A stretch of DNA of 64,000 bases from the NCBI GenBank assembly GCA_964270895.1, contig OZ185436.1. One strand, given 5' to 3'. Position 1 is the first letter of the stretch. Every line of letters starts with the position of its first letter. Below the pieces are notes generated by a model, which saw nothing but the letters and a program-made list of their open reading frames with translations, did no database searches and was not told where the DNA came from. Source of the stretch: Podarcis filfolensis (taxonomy: Eukaryota). Of the stretch, positions 52,538 through 64,000 are shown one piece after another. The translations under genes and the position numbers were made by a program.

Positions 52538-55500
52538 CTTAATATGTTATTGTTTACATTTGGAGTTGACTTTGTGGCAAATTGTTCTTGAAAGTGCAAA
52601 AGGGCACAATAAGCTGGACATGTGGGCAGGATTTCTGATGTGGGCTTCTGGCAAATCTCAGAGTGCTTTACGCCATAATAGGACTCCTTGTGGTCGTGTA
52701 CTCTCTATATGCCATGAGAAAGGTTTGGCAATCAGAATCGCACATCCTAATGAAAGGAACCCAATGGAGAGACTGAGGAAACTTCCAAACTGGGGTCAAA
52801 AGACAGCATCTGCTTTTAAAAACACTGGAGTCATCTTCAAGGAATGCAGGAATGGGTTCTTCACAAGCCAGAATGTCCCTGACAGCATTGTTGTTTTGAT
52901 GGCATATGGAGGGGCTGAAAGATCTTCTATTTTTGGCATCACCTTCTTGCCTTCTAGTACAGGTATGGGAAGTGTGATGGTTGTTAATTTTTTGGCAGTC
53001 TTTCCGTTTCTTGTTATCTTTTATTTTTTTGAAACTTTACAAGTCTTTACTCTTTGATGTGAGATTAACTACCGTGCACTTCTACTACCAAGGGAACTTA
53101 TAAATGGCACTTTCTTCATTTGCATGACATTTAACTTTATAGACAGCTACGTGTACTTCAAAGCAAACAAACATGCTTGTTTGGGGACAGTAACAACAAC
53201 ACAACAATAGCAACAACAACAGTGGGGGAAACTCTCTGTGTAAATTTTGAATGGTGTAATTTTGCCTTTTCCGTGGTTTGAAGTGCTTAGCTTTCCATCT
53301 TGTAAGGCAGGGTGGACATCTGTCAGTATGAAGCCAAGTTTTGCAAAGTGCAAGAATAACTTCCCATTGGAGATGAGGGGGGAAAGTGACTAAGGGGAAA
53401 GGAGGGCCGTTTGACAGGATCTGATTTGCCTAAACAGGAGTTTGCTTTTTACTCAGAAGGGGCTGTCAGTGTACCATTTTCCAATTTCTAACAGAAAAAG
53501 TATAACATGATTGAATCATTGGAATTTTTTTGATGCTCAACTGAATACAAAAAAAATATACTGAGGTGAGAAGGGCTTTCATATCAGGGGGGCTTGCCAT
53601 AAAAATATAGACCTGAGGACCTGTTTGCATTTCCCCACTCAAATTACTTGGATTTCAGTCAATTTGTTTCATTTTTGTTTAATTATCCTCACCTACTAGT
53701 AGCATTTAAAACATACATGGCAGCTCATCTTTACATATCTATAACTACAGGCCTAATTTTTCAGCTGCCAGTGTTCACATGTCTTGATCTTACACTGGAC
53801 TTCAACGAAGTTCTCTCCTGTTGAGTTGAGCAGCACTGAAATTTCCTGACCACTGAACTACTTTTGACCCATTTCTCTGTGAAAACCTCTGCTCAGGTGA
53901 TGAATCTGATAAACCTTGATAGCCTGGCTTGTCTGGGCTGTACCCATTGCACCGGGCTTTTGCTTCCAGTGTATTATGATGAGTACTTCAGGAATGAGGA
54001 GGCCCTTCCTTCCTGTTTCCCAAGCACACATTCTGTCACGCATTAGCTGCCTTGACTGTGTTTCTTTGGGCAACATAAATACTATTTCCTGCATTGAATT
54101 TATATTTCGTAATTTCTGGCATCCTTTCCAAACATAAACCTCGACATTTCAAAGAGAAGGGGGAGTGTGTCCTAGCAGAGCCTGACTTCTCTCAAGTCTT
54201 CCAATAAAGAGGGGAACCTGACAGGTGACAAGGCATCTAATCCATCCCATTACAATTTTGCCCAAAACATCTGATTAAGCACCTGCACTTTAAGGAGGGG
54301 CCTCCTACCATGAAGTTCTTTTCAAGGCCCTCTCATGTATTATTTGCCCTGATTGCCACTGGCATTTCTGAAACCCTGTTTTGACCGTGAAAGCAATTGT
54401 ACCCAGATTTTGATCCATTGTCTGTACCTCCCCAAACCCCACCTTTACTCTTCCGTATCAGTGGCATAATACCTAGAGACAAACCAGTTCACCTTTCCTG
54501 GCTTCCGCAATAAAGGCCTATGGATCCTAATCACTTCTGGAGCACATAGCCTGGGTACCTCTTCCATAGGCTACAGATGCCAGTAAGGCAGTACATGTTC
54601 CACAGAAATGCATGTAGCAAACCCACAAGCAGCATCAAGGGGCTGGGATTTTGAAGGCATGGTAAAGGGAAAGGAATGCTTTCCATCTTTCTGCCCCAAA
54701 GCCACCCCACCTCCCCACAATAGGGTTGAAGTGCTTTAGGAGGGTAAACGCTCCTGGAATTCCCACAGAGGTGAAACAGTTTTGTGTGTAGTGTTGGTGG
54801 GTGGAACCCAACAAAACCCCTGGCAGGGCATGGGTTAAGCATTCCATTCCTCCTCTTAGTACAACACTCAAAACTGTAGACTCTTGAAGCTACTTTTCAT
54901 TATAAACAGCAGGGCTTCACTGCGTGCATTTGTGTGTAATGTAACACAGAATCAGAGAACATAGAGTTGGAAAGGACCTCGAGGGTCACCTATTCCAACC
55001 CCCTGCAAGACAATGTGCAGTTTGCCCCTCGGTTTTAGGCAGTGAGGCAGATTTCAGATGGTGAAAGGTACAAATGTAATTGGAATTTCCTCTCTAGTAT
55101 GCGGTAGGCTGTTAGCAGCATCTGTTTGAGCACAGAACAAGATCATGGCTCCATATGAGCTTTATGGAGTCCAACAAGAAGGGATGCTGTTGGAAAATGT
55201 GCTTTGACTATTCATCACCATCACTGTCATTATCAGCCAAGTCAAATGTTCAGTGACAGCCTAGTGATATGATCCAAGAGAAAACACCAGTTAAAAATCC
55301 TAAAATTGTGCCTGGACAGGCCTATTTTGTCACGGTTTGTCCTGGGGAGGAAGTGCTGCAAATGGCTCACACTTTTATCTTACAATCTGTCCCAGTAATG
55401 TGACACTGGGTTTTGCTGGTACCCATGCTAACCTTTCCCACCACAATGCCCTTTGCTAATGTTTATTCAAACACCTTGCTCTTTCCCTTATCCAGAGCAT

Positions 55501-56251
55501 TGCCCTGGACCTCCTCTTGCATTAGCGTAGCCCTGCCTTTTTAACCACAACTACAAGCTTTCGTGCATTTCAACCCATTCCCCGTAGAAACCTCACAAAC
55601 ACCACCTGATACCCTTTGTGGAAGTGGAATAGTGGGGCTTTTCCACAGCACAACCTCAGCTTCTACACAACCCCACAAAAATATTTCAATTCCTCACCCC
55701 CTTTTGCATCCCACATCAAAGTTCTTGGTGCATGAAGGGCTGCACATCTATATTTGTGCTTATTTTATAAAATAAACATATCCCTTGTCTACGGTCTTGA
55801 ACAGAAAGAAACCATGGATGTATAGGAAAGCAGTGAAGAGCAATAAAAGGCACAATAACCAGGAAGGAGAGGGATAAGGAGGGACAAACTAATCTAAAAT
55901 AAAATCTAACTAGCAGCAACAAGAGGATACCTGGCTTGGGCATTACTCCTCATAACAATCTAGAACCAGGATTAAGGTGTGCTGCATTTATTGGCATTTT
56001 CTACAGCTGCACAGGAGTAATCTCCCTATTTCATTACTTTCAAGATGAATCGGGATATACCTGTATCAGGGACAGTTTATGCCTATTGAATTGGACAAGG
56101 TGGGGGGAAACTGGGCTACCTCATCTAGCATTCTACCACTGATGTGAAAACAACTGCAAAGTTAGCCTGCTCCTTGTTGAAGTCTAGTCATCTTACCTAC
56201 TTCACAACTGATCCCAGAAATTAATTTCCAGCTAGAGATGAAGTTAGCAGT

Positions 56252-56447
56252 AGGGAAGGACTGCGGCTTAGTAGCAGAGCATCTGCTTTGCCTGCAGGAG
56301 TTCTCAGGTTTGATCCCCAGCATTTCCAGGTAGGGCTTGGAATGGTTCCTGCATGGAACCCTGGAGAGCAGCTGGCAGTCAGTATAAGTGAAGTTAGATG
56401 GAGCAAGGACCTGACTCAGTAAGAGGCAGCTTCCTAGGTTCCTATGT
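56252..56447 (+). mobile_element. tRNA-derived SINE (Squam3-like)
   Basis: Box A and box B-like head (ggcttagtagcagagc ... ggtttgatcccc), tail gactcagtaagaggcagcttcctaggttcctatgt. Confidence 0.65.
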
Positions 56448-57252
56448 GTGACAGAATGATTCCTAGGAAACCCTTTCCACTGTACATTACAGCTACCACT
56501 GCTGGTGGAACGAAAAAATAAATATATTCAAATATACTCCAGATAGATGGAACCTGGAGCAAAGCTTTATATGCTCAGACTTTGCTTCCTACCTGAGAAT
56601 ACCAGTTGTCATTTCTCCTTCGGTTATGCCACATGTTCTCCTTTTGGTTAGGATGGCTTCCCGTCCTCCTCCTTAGTTCTTGCATGGCTGCAAATCAGCC
56701 ACTTTTTGTCCTGCTCCCTGCCCCTTTTAGGTAATGGAAAATCCGCGAGAAGGCAAAGTTTGGTATTTTTGTTTTTTTTCTAACTGTTGCACAATTTTTT
56801 GGCTTTTGTAACACTTGGGGGGAGAAGCTGGAAGAGTGGTTTGAGAAGAAAGTATAAATGTATATAAAAAGATATATATAAAGATATAAATATATATGCA
56901 TATAAATATATGAAATCTCTATGGAAATATTTATTTCACATGAATGCAAAAAAAAAAAAATCACAAAAAAGAAGGGAAGAAAAAAAAAAGCAGCTTTGTA
57001 ATGTAAACAAACAAAAGAGTCAGAGCGTCCCTCTCATGTTTGTTAACTTGATGTGACTGGAATAGTCCAAAATCCTTCAGTATCTTTTGTAAGTGAATCA
57101 GACCTGTAAAGCGGTGTGACTGTGTTGGATTCATTGTTCCAGTTTTTTGAAGCTGTGGCTGTGAACAAAATGATCACTGCTAAAAATTTATGCTATATTT
57201 TTGGGGTGGGGGAGATGGGGATTGTCAGTTTTATTCTTGGTGTTTCAAGTGC

Positions 57253-57258
57253 AATAAA
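57253..57258 (+). terminator. Candidate distal poly(A) signal AATAAA
   Basis: Ends an AU-rich UTR-like block; TTTTAT 18 nt upstream. Confidence 0.6.
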
Positions 57259-58840
57259 ATAGCTACAAACTCTTGAGTATGGAAAATGCTGATTGTCACT
57301 AAATGACTCCCAGACTCTGTTTTACTTTCTATTTCATTGTGATGCTTCTGTCTTGAAGGGGTATCGTATCTGGAATACAACACTCAGGGGCAGAGCAGAA
57401 AGGAGGACTGAAAGTTCTCTTCCTCTTTGGTGATTTAGGGCCTGTCTTCTACTCCTCAGGTGCTTTTTCCTGCTTGGGATGTTTCCTTCAATTGTGATTA
57501 TGCTTCTTGATATACTTGGGTGGAAAGAGGGGTGGTGGTTTAGAAACCTCTGGAGGTTTATTGTTAGGAGGTCCCTTGGAGGCTTATTCCTTTAAAATAT
57601 ACACAAGTTGGGTGTCCGCTAAAATTCTGTCACTTGTTTTCTTTCCACACAGAGATCTAGCTTGCCCTCTCACACTTCTGAGGAGGGAATAATAAAAATA
57701 AAAGCAAAACTACAACACCTCTGCTGCTGCTGCTACAACTACTGTCTTATACCCTCCCCTTTCTCACACAGAGCACGGGGTGGCTAACAAAATCTAAAAG
57801 CCACAACATTAAAACAAAAATTTAAAATGCAATATTCATCACTATTTGATCAAGACTGAGCTGCTGGCCGTGTCTTTCTTCATTCCACACTGAAAGCCCT
57901 ACTGACAGGAATCTGATAGGGACCCTTTAAGAAAAGGGAGCAATGGAGGCTGGTCCAGTAGTGTGAATGGGGCCCTACCTGACTTCTTACTTACATTCAT
58001 TCCAAGGGGTGACACTGCCTCATCAGCCTCTTCCTTAGCCTCAGTGTTGTCCCTTGCAGATCTGAGAAAGGAGGATGGAGACAAAATTAGAATGGCCTAT
58101 CCTTGGCTCTGCCTCCTGTGGGTCTCCCTGCCTTCTGCGCTACCAGTCTCAATGGGCATTAGCCAGCACAGCCTGTAAGCAGCAACCTATGGAGGGGCAC
58201 AGGTTTCCCATCCCTGTGCCAGAATCAATACCATAGCCTTTAAAAATGCTACAAACTGAGCAAGGCCCTAGTGGGAAGTATAGAAGGGTTGCCACACCCT
58301 CTGCTGGTAATTGCAGGCATGCCTGCATTCTTCTTAGTGTTTCCTTTTGTATTCCCTTGGGCCCATCCAGACATCTTGTTTACTGTGCATTCGTGATTAT
58401 TTGTGCCGATGGTGTTGGTGCAGTTATACTCGAAACCGTTTTCTATCTTCTTTCACGACAAACATGTTGCTTTGTTTCCTGTCACTGTGTGTCCTGTAGT
58501 TTCCTGGAAAAATACTGTAACATTCATACCACAAATGTCTGAGGGCTTTTTGTATTCATTGTGCCACAATGCAAGAGTGTCTCTCCCAAGGGCAATAATG
58601 CAGTGTTGTTCACATTGCAGAACAACTAGCAAAGTGAAATGATGTGAGGATGGTTCAATAAAAAATCACCGCTAATGTTGTGTCAGTGACAGGTTGCAGG
58701 GTACACCTGCCAAAAAACACCAGCCTGGAAGGGCCCTTGAGATTTATACAAAATTTTCATTATGATAGTAAATGATCAGTTATTTATATAACAGGTCCCC
58801 CCCCCTCCTAGTAGTGACAAACAAAAATAGTTTTAAAATA

Positions 58841-59093
58841 CAGTCATACCTTGGATCCTGAACGCCTTGGTACTTGGACGTTTTGGCTCCTGGACACTAC
58901 AAACCTGGAAGTGAGTGTTTCGGTTTTCGAACGTTCTTTGGAACCCGAATGTCTGACGGGGCTTCTGCGGTTTCTGATTGGCTGCAGGAGCTTCTGGCAT
59001 CGAATCAGAATAAGCTACGCTTTGGTTTCTGAACGTTTTGGAAGTCGAACGGACTTCTGGAACGGATTCCGTTCGACTTCCAAGGTACAACTA
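58841..59093. mobile_element. Tc1/mariner (Tigger-like) MITE
   Basis: TIR cagtcataccttgg / ccaaggtacaacta flanked by TA; CpG-rich interior. Confidence 0.8.
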
Positions 59094-62000
59094 TATGTCA
59101 TTTTGAACTACTTTTCATAAAGTAGTTGTAATTACCATTCAATTGCACAGCTCATGATGACTGCTGAATCTGTTCCCCCCTGGCCTGCTGGGCAGAGTTG
59201 ACATCATCCATCAGATATGTGAGCATAGCAGTGCATGTACAAGCCCACTGTTACAAGCATGACTCTGGATAAGGACCGAGTTAAGCCTTCAGAAACGTAC
59301 TGCCTAAATGTCCAAAAGGCATTTTGTAAGGTGAACAGGAAGGTCTTAAAAGCAGTCAGGTGGAAATATATTTAACAGAAAACCTCCATTAATTGGATGT
59401 CGTTACTGCATAATTGTCAAGGAACAAGACTGTAACATGGATGAAATAATTTCATGAGTGGTTTTTGTTTTTAGAGGGGTTTTAGATAAGGATACCCATA
59501 TCTTTATAGTTCCTATATCCTCTTCCCATATCTACTGCAGTTCACTATGCTTATAGAACTCCTTGTTAAAATATTATGCAACTGTAGAATATATAAAATA
59601 TATAGAAATCGGGATTAAAATTAGCCTGTATATTATTTATTTGCATCAATAAAATCTAACCTCATTAGGAGGTGCTAAATGACAAGGATGTTTTTACTTG
59701 GATATCTGGTTACAAATTAAATCTAGATGAAATTGAATGAATGAATATTGTGTAAATCAAGGACCTCTGAGTCATACAAGAATGAGGAAAAGCAACCCAA
59801 CTGCATCTAAGAATATATGTGCCTGAAAAACTAAAATAAAATAGGAGAGTTACTTAATTTCTACGTAGCTCTCAGACCAAAACCAAGATGGCTGAGAAGA
59901 AGAAGAAGCTTTGTAAAGGAAGGAGAGTGAAGAAGAGACTTTTCAACCTGTCCTTGCTCACCTTCACTTTTAAAGGATTTAAGTTTGACCTGTGGCAGGT
60001 TAAGTGTGCAACACTATATCTGCCCACAAGATGTCAGCAGCTCACTGTGAGGAAGTTTGTGCAGTTGTAGTAATAGGAACTCTGGGTGGAACATGAGGCA
60101 CAGCACAGGTTTCTTGGGATTATTTTGTTTTGTATGATGGAGTTCCCCCTCCTAAAATTCCTGTCTGTGGAAAGCTAGCATCAAAGGAGAAAGGCCATAA
60201 TCATGTAGGGAGATGGGGGTGGGTTTTTTTTTTAATGAGATGGGCGATTACACTTGAGGATTCAAAGAGTGTACAGTAAATAAAATTTAATACATTAACT
60301 GTTCCTACACCGTGTGTGTATGTGGGAGAGTTTTTAAACTGTGTATATGAATCCTAATATTGCATTGGGTGAGTGACTGGATCTTGGGAGAGAGCATATT
60401 TGCCTGACTGGAAAGAGTCCTTTCTGCACATAATAGAACACATTGAATAGAAAGGGATATTTTGGCCCCTAGCTTCCCCCAGTCCTGCAGCCTTAACTGT
60501 ATGTATACAGCCTGTTGCTGCATTGCAAATAAATATTGGATTGCTAATTAATGGGTCCACTGGTCTAGGGTCTAGGGTCACCCTTTTTGCTGAGGGGAAT
60601 AATTCATGAGTAGCTGCCTTTGGGCATGGAAGTTTCATTTTTAAAAGCCTCATCCCAGAGAGTTAATGGCTTGGTGAGCTCTCTTGGAAGCCTCACAATG
60701 AGGCCAATCCCTCAGGAAGTCAAGGCCTGCTGTTCCAGACCTTGGGAGCAGCTGAACCCAAAAGCCAAAGCTTTTTTTTAATAGAACATCTAAAAAAGTG
60801 AAGGAATTCTCCTCACGTGCATTTTTGTGTTCACCAAGTTTCTTTATTCAGTATGAAGACATGGGCTCCTCTGGCCAATGCTGTGTCCCTTCTCAGGAAA
60901 CTCCAACTCTCCCCTTCTGGTGCTCTTTTTGCTCTGACCCCTCCAAAATGTCTTCTTCAGATTCCCCAGACAGGGAACATGACAAGAAAGTTCATTGAAA
61001 GCCTCTCTAAAGGCCCAGCTGGGAGCTGTGAATGCTGATGGACATGACAGGGCTGCCTGGGCGGGCGGGGGGGGCGGGGGGGCGGGGATGCAAGCTTGAA
61101 TGTTAAATGTGAGGAAAACTTGAGGAGGTATTTACACGCCCACTTCAATAATTTTCTTTTCTTAGAACTGGAAGTAGACAGAAAAGAGTCTGGGAAAATT
61201 CCCCATACTCAGGCCTTTTGTATTGTTCATAGTGCTAAGAGGGAATGAAAGAAGAGAATCTCACTCTGCCTTGCTAAATACATAATAAATGAGAGAGTAC
61301 TTTTGAGGTCACTGTGAAGAGAGTTAACTTGCTTTCATCTACTTTGGGAATCCGGTGCATCCCTTGCCAAGCACCCCCTTTTCCTAGTTTACATGATTGT
61401 AGAGAGATCCTGTATGTATGTAAGTAATTTCCCGCTGGCCTGCAAACAAAATATCTTGCCCTATCTTAATAAACAGGCAGCCCTAAAGGCCAAGAGGAAG
61501 ATTTTACTGGAGAGCCAATCAGAGCACAAGCAAGCACTTCCCTGCACTCTTCCTCTGTGTGAGAGACAGGAAGGCCTAAATGGCAGCCTGCAGCTGAGCA
61601 GCCTGAGTCTCAGGTGAGGTGCATGAAAACAATACAGAATACTGCCTAAAAATGAGGGCAAATCACTCCCCCCTTCACAAGAAGTTGAATTACAGAAGGA
61701 TTTGACAAAATCTAACCAGCGTTGCTGTACAAAAGAGGCAGCCAATCAAAATGGACTCAGTTATTATCAAGGCGTGAGGCTTGATGTGCGGATTTTTAAA
61801 ATAAAAAAAATCCAATAATTGAAAGTGGTGGCCTGGGGATGTGCGTATTGCCCATAAACTGTGGTGATACAGCGGAAGCAAGAAGTTCTCAAAGAATGAA
61901 ACTGCTCTATACTGGAGTAACAGTCAGAGAAGATCACTCTGAAATGTAAGTGCCAAATTTATTTTTGTCACATTTAATGTTAAAATACATTTATTATAGT

Positions 62001-62506
62001 CTTCATTTTGTTTATGTGATATGTATTTTTATGAAGATTTTAAAGTGCCATATTATATAGTTAAAAAAGCTGTTTGGAATTTGTTCCCCGCCAGTGAAAA
62101 TTCCTTTAATAAGGCATTGCCCAAAGCCCACCAACTAATTTCTTTCTTTGCCACTTACATTTCATTTTGCTGCAATCAAGACTTGTTATGCATTTAACCT
62201 GCTTTTAGTTTTCAGTCTTCTTCCCTTCCACCTTCCCACAAATCCACTCCTTGCTCACTTTGGTATTGTGACCCCAGTGTACATCATATGCAGGTTTCCC
62301 CCCACATTTTCCCACTATTACTACAAATCCTAATAGTGCCTTCATTCCAGCTCTCTGGAGACAAAACCCATTAACACCTTGCCGTGGCCGGTCAGCAACT
62401 TATGAATACTTATACAAAGGATATTATGTGAGCTTTACAATTTATGATGCCCCACGAAGTCTCTAAGGCTGCAGTCTAGATGAGCCTTTGGCATGATCCA
62501 GTAGGG

Positions 62507-62643
62507 CAGGTGTGGGGGGAAGATTTGGCCCTCCAGATGATGTTGAACCACAACTTCCAGCCCCAAAAAGCATGGCCAGTGAGTGGCGATATTGGGAGTT
62601 ACATTTCAGCAACATCTGTAGAGTCAAAGATTCCCCACACCTA
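62507..62643. mobile_element. hAT-type MITE
   Basis: TIR caggtgtgggg / ccccacaccta with perfect 8-bp TSD cagtaggg (62499-62506, 62644-62651). Confidence 0.88.
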
Positions 62644-62730
62644 CAGTAGGGCATTACTTAAGACCTCCAGTTTGAAAATGTGCTCAAGAGCTCAAAAAGG
62701 TTGGCATCCCTGAATAGTGGAACATGTATA

Positions 62731-63098
62731 AAAAGGTAAAGGTAAAGGACCCCTGACAGTTAAGTCCAGTCGCGAACAACTCTGGGGTTGCGGCGCTCAT
62801 CTCGCTTTACTGGCCGAGGGAGCCGCCGTTTGTCCGCAGACAGTTTTTTCTGGGTCATGTGGCCAGCATGACTAAGCCGCTTCTGGCAAAACCAGAGCAG
62901 CGCACGGAAACGCCATTTACCTTCCCGCCAGAGCAGTACCTATTTATCTACTTGCACTTTGATGTGCTTTCAAACTGCTAGGTTGGCAGGAGCTGGGACC
63001 GAGTAACTGAAGCTCACCCCGTTGCGGGGATTCAAACCGCCGACCTAATCAGCAAGCCCTAGGCTCAGTGGTTTAGACCACAGCGCCACCCGCGTCCC
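62731..63098 (-). mobile_element. Sauria SINE, full length
   Basis: 14-bp TSD gtggaacatgtata (62717-62730, 63099-63112); (aaaggt)n tail. Confidence 0.94.
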
Positions 63099-64000
63099 GT
63101 GGAACATGTATAGGAAAATATATTGCACATCAGATTTCTTGGGTACTCACTGTAGTCTTGATAATCTTCATGAGCTGTGAGAGGGTTCTAGTGTCAATGG
63201 TAGCAGAATGCCTACATGCAACTGAAAGCTAGAATGGAAATTTGAATTTCTGAGGCTGGCTTCCCATTGCGATATTCTACTGAGTAATATAGATAAGGAG
63301 AGTTTCAATTTGACTATACAAGCAAAGCTATTTTGCTGATTTTTAAACAACCCCACCAGGTCTTCACCTCCTTCAAAATGAAGTAGCTATTCCCTATAAA
63401 CTATATATTATAAATGAACACAATCATTATAATCTAGCAAAATACTGTAATTCAAACAAACATGTACATCATTCTGCTGTAAACACTACAGTAAAATCCA
63501 CCCTAACCAAAACAGTGCTGACAGAAATAATAAATTGCTTCTTTTTAATTTACAGCAATAGTTCCCAGAAGAGTTTTCTTTGTTTGGTTGCTAGCTAGTC
63601 AGTCCCTTGAAAACATTGTCAAGAAACCTACGTTGCTTCCCTGCATTCTAATAGTGACCTTACATTTCTTTTTGCCTTATTAATGAATGGCACTGGTAAA
63701 TGCAAGATTTGGTGGGATGGATGAATCAACTGAGCAGCACAGAATCCAATAAATTAGTAATACTAAAACATTAATTTAAAACCTCCAGCATTAAGAGACC
63801 TCATTAAAGAAAAAAGTAGTCTGAAATAAATGGGTTTTTTACATGCAGTTGTGGAGGAAGTTCTATAACTTGGGAGCCACAACAGAAAAGGCCCTGCATC
63901 TTGTACCTGTCTTCTGCACTTAATCTGTATTTCCCACAAGTCTTCTGGGCTCCATGCAGGGTGAGGAGGATTGGACTGGTTATGACATTTGTACCACATC

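Larger units (their letters stand above)
50879..57280 (+). other. CAMK2A: CAMK2A 3' UTR / 3' terminal region (extent and poly(A) site choice uncertain)
   Basis: Follows the stop. Several AATAAA hexamers (51862, 54203, 54508, 57253) and U-rich UTR-like blocks at about 52340-53150 and 56731-57280. Confidence 0.55.

Noticed and set aside
52512-53057. 181-aa ORF in the 3' region
   Set aside because: No recognisable domain; begins in the G4/CPE motifs and ends in a U-tract, which fits UTR sequence.

Overview
Vertebrate genomic DNA, almost certainly from a lacertid lizard (it carries young Sauria SINEs). The window holds most of CAMK2A (CaMKII alpha) on the + strand: exons 4-19 by analogy to the human 19-exon model, 10326-50878. 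All have GT-AG boundaries and lengths matching the human exons as I recall them. Exons 1-3 lie upstream of the window. Also recognisable are the internal alpha-KAP start (ATG 33817, hydrophobic anchor encoded in the intron 12 polypyrimidine tract, with an upstream MEF2/E-box cluster) and the 33-nt NLS exon. The last codon is split by intron 18 and can be completed in three ways (His-stop or Gln-stop), including a candidate distal alternative last exon at 56731. The 3' region has CPE-like, G-quadruplex and Pumilio-type motifs. The introns contain five Sauria SINEs, hAT and Tc1/mariner MITEs, CR1, L2 and tRNA-SINE remnants, and a truncated Penelope-like element with an intact minimal hammerhead ribozyme. 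The most unusual object is an 816-bp solo LTR (5-bp TSD) 21 nt upstream of exon 10. It encodes an intact 221-aa antisense protein with a Rev-like arginine-rich motif and appears to supply the exon 10 branch point.
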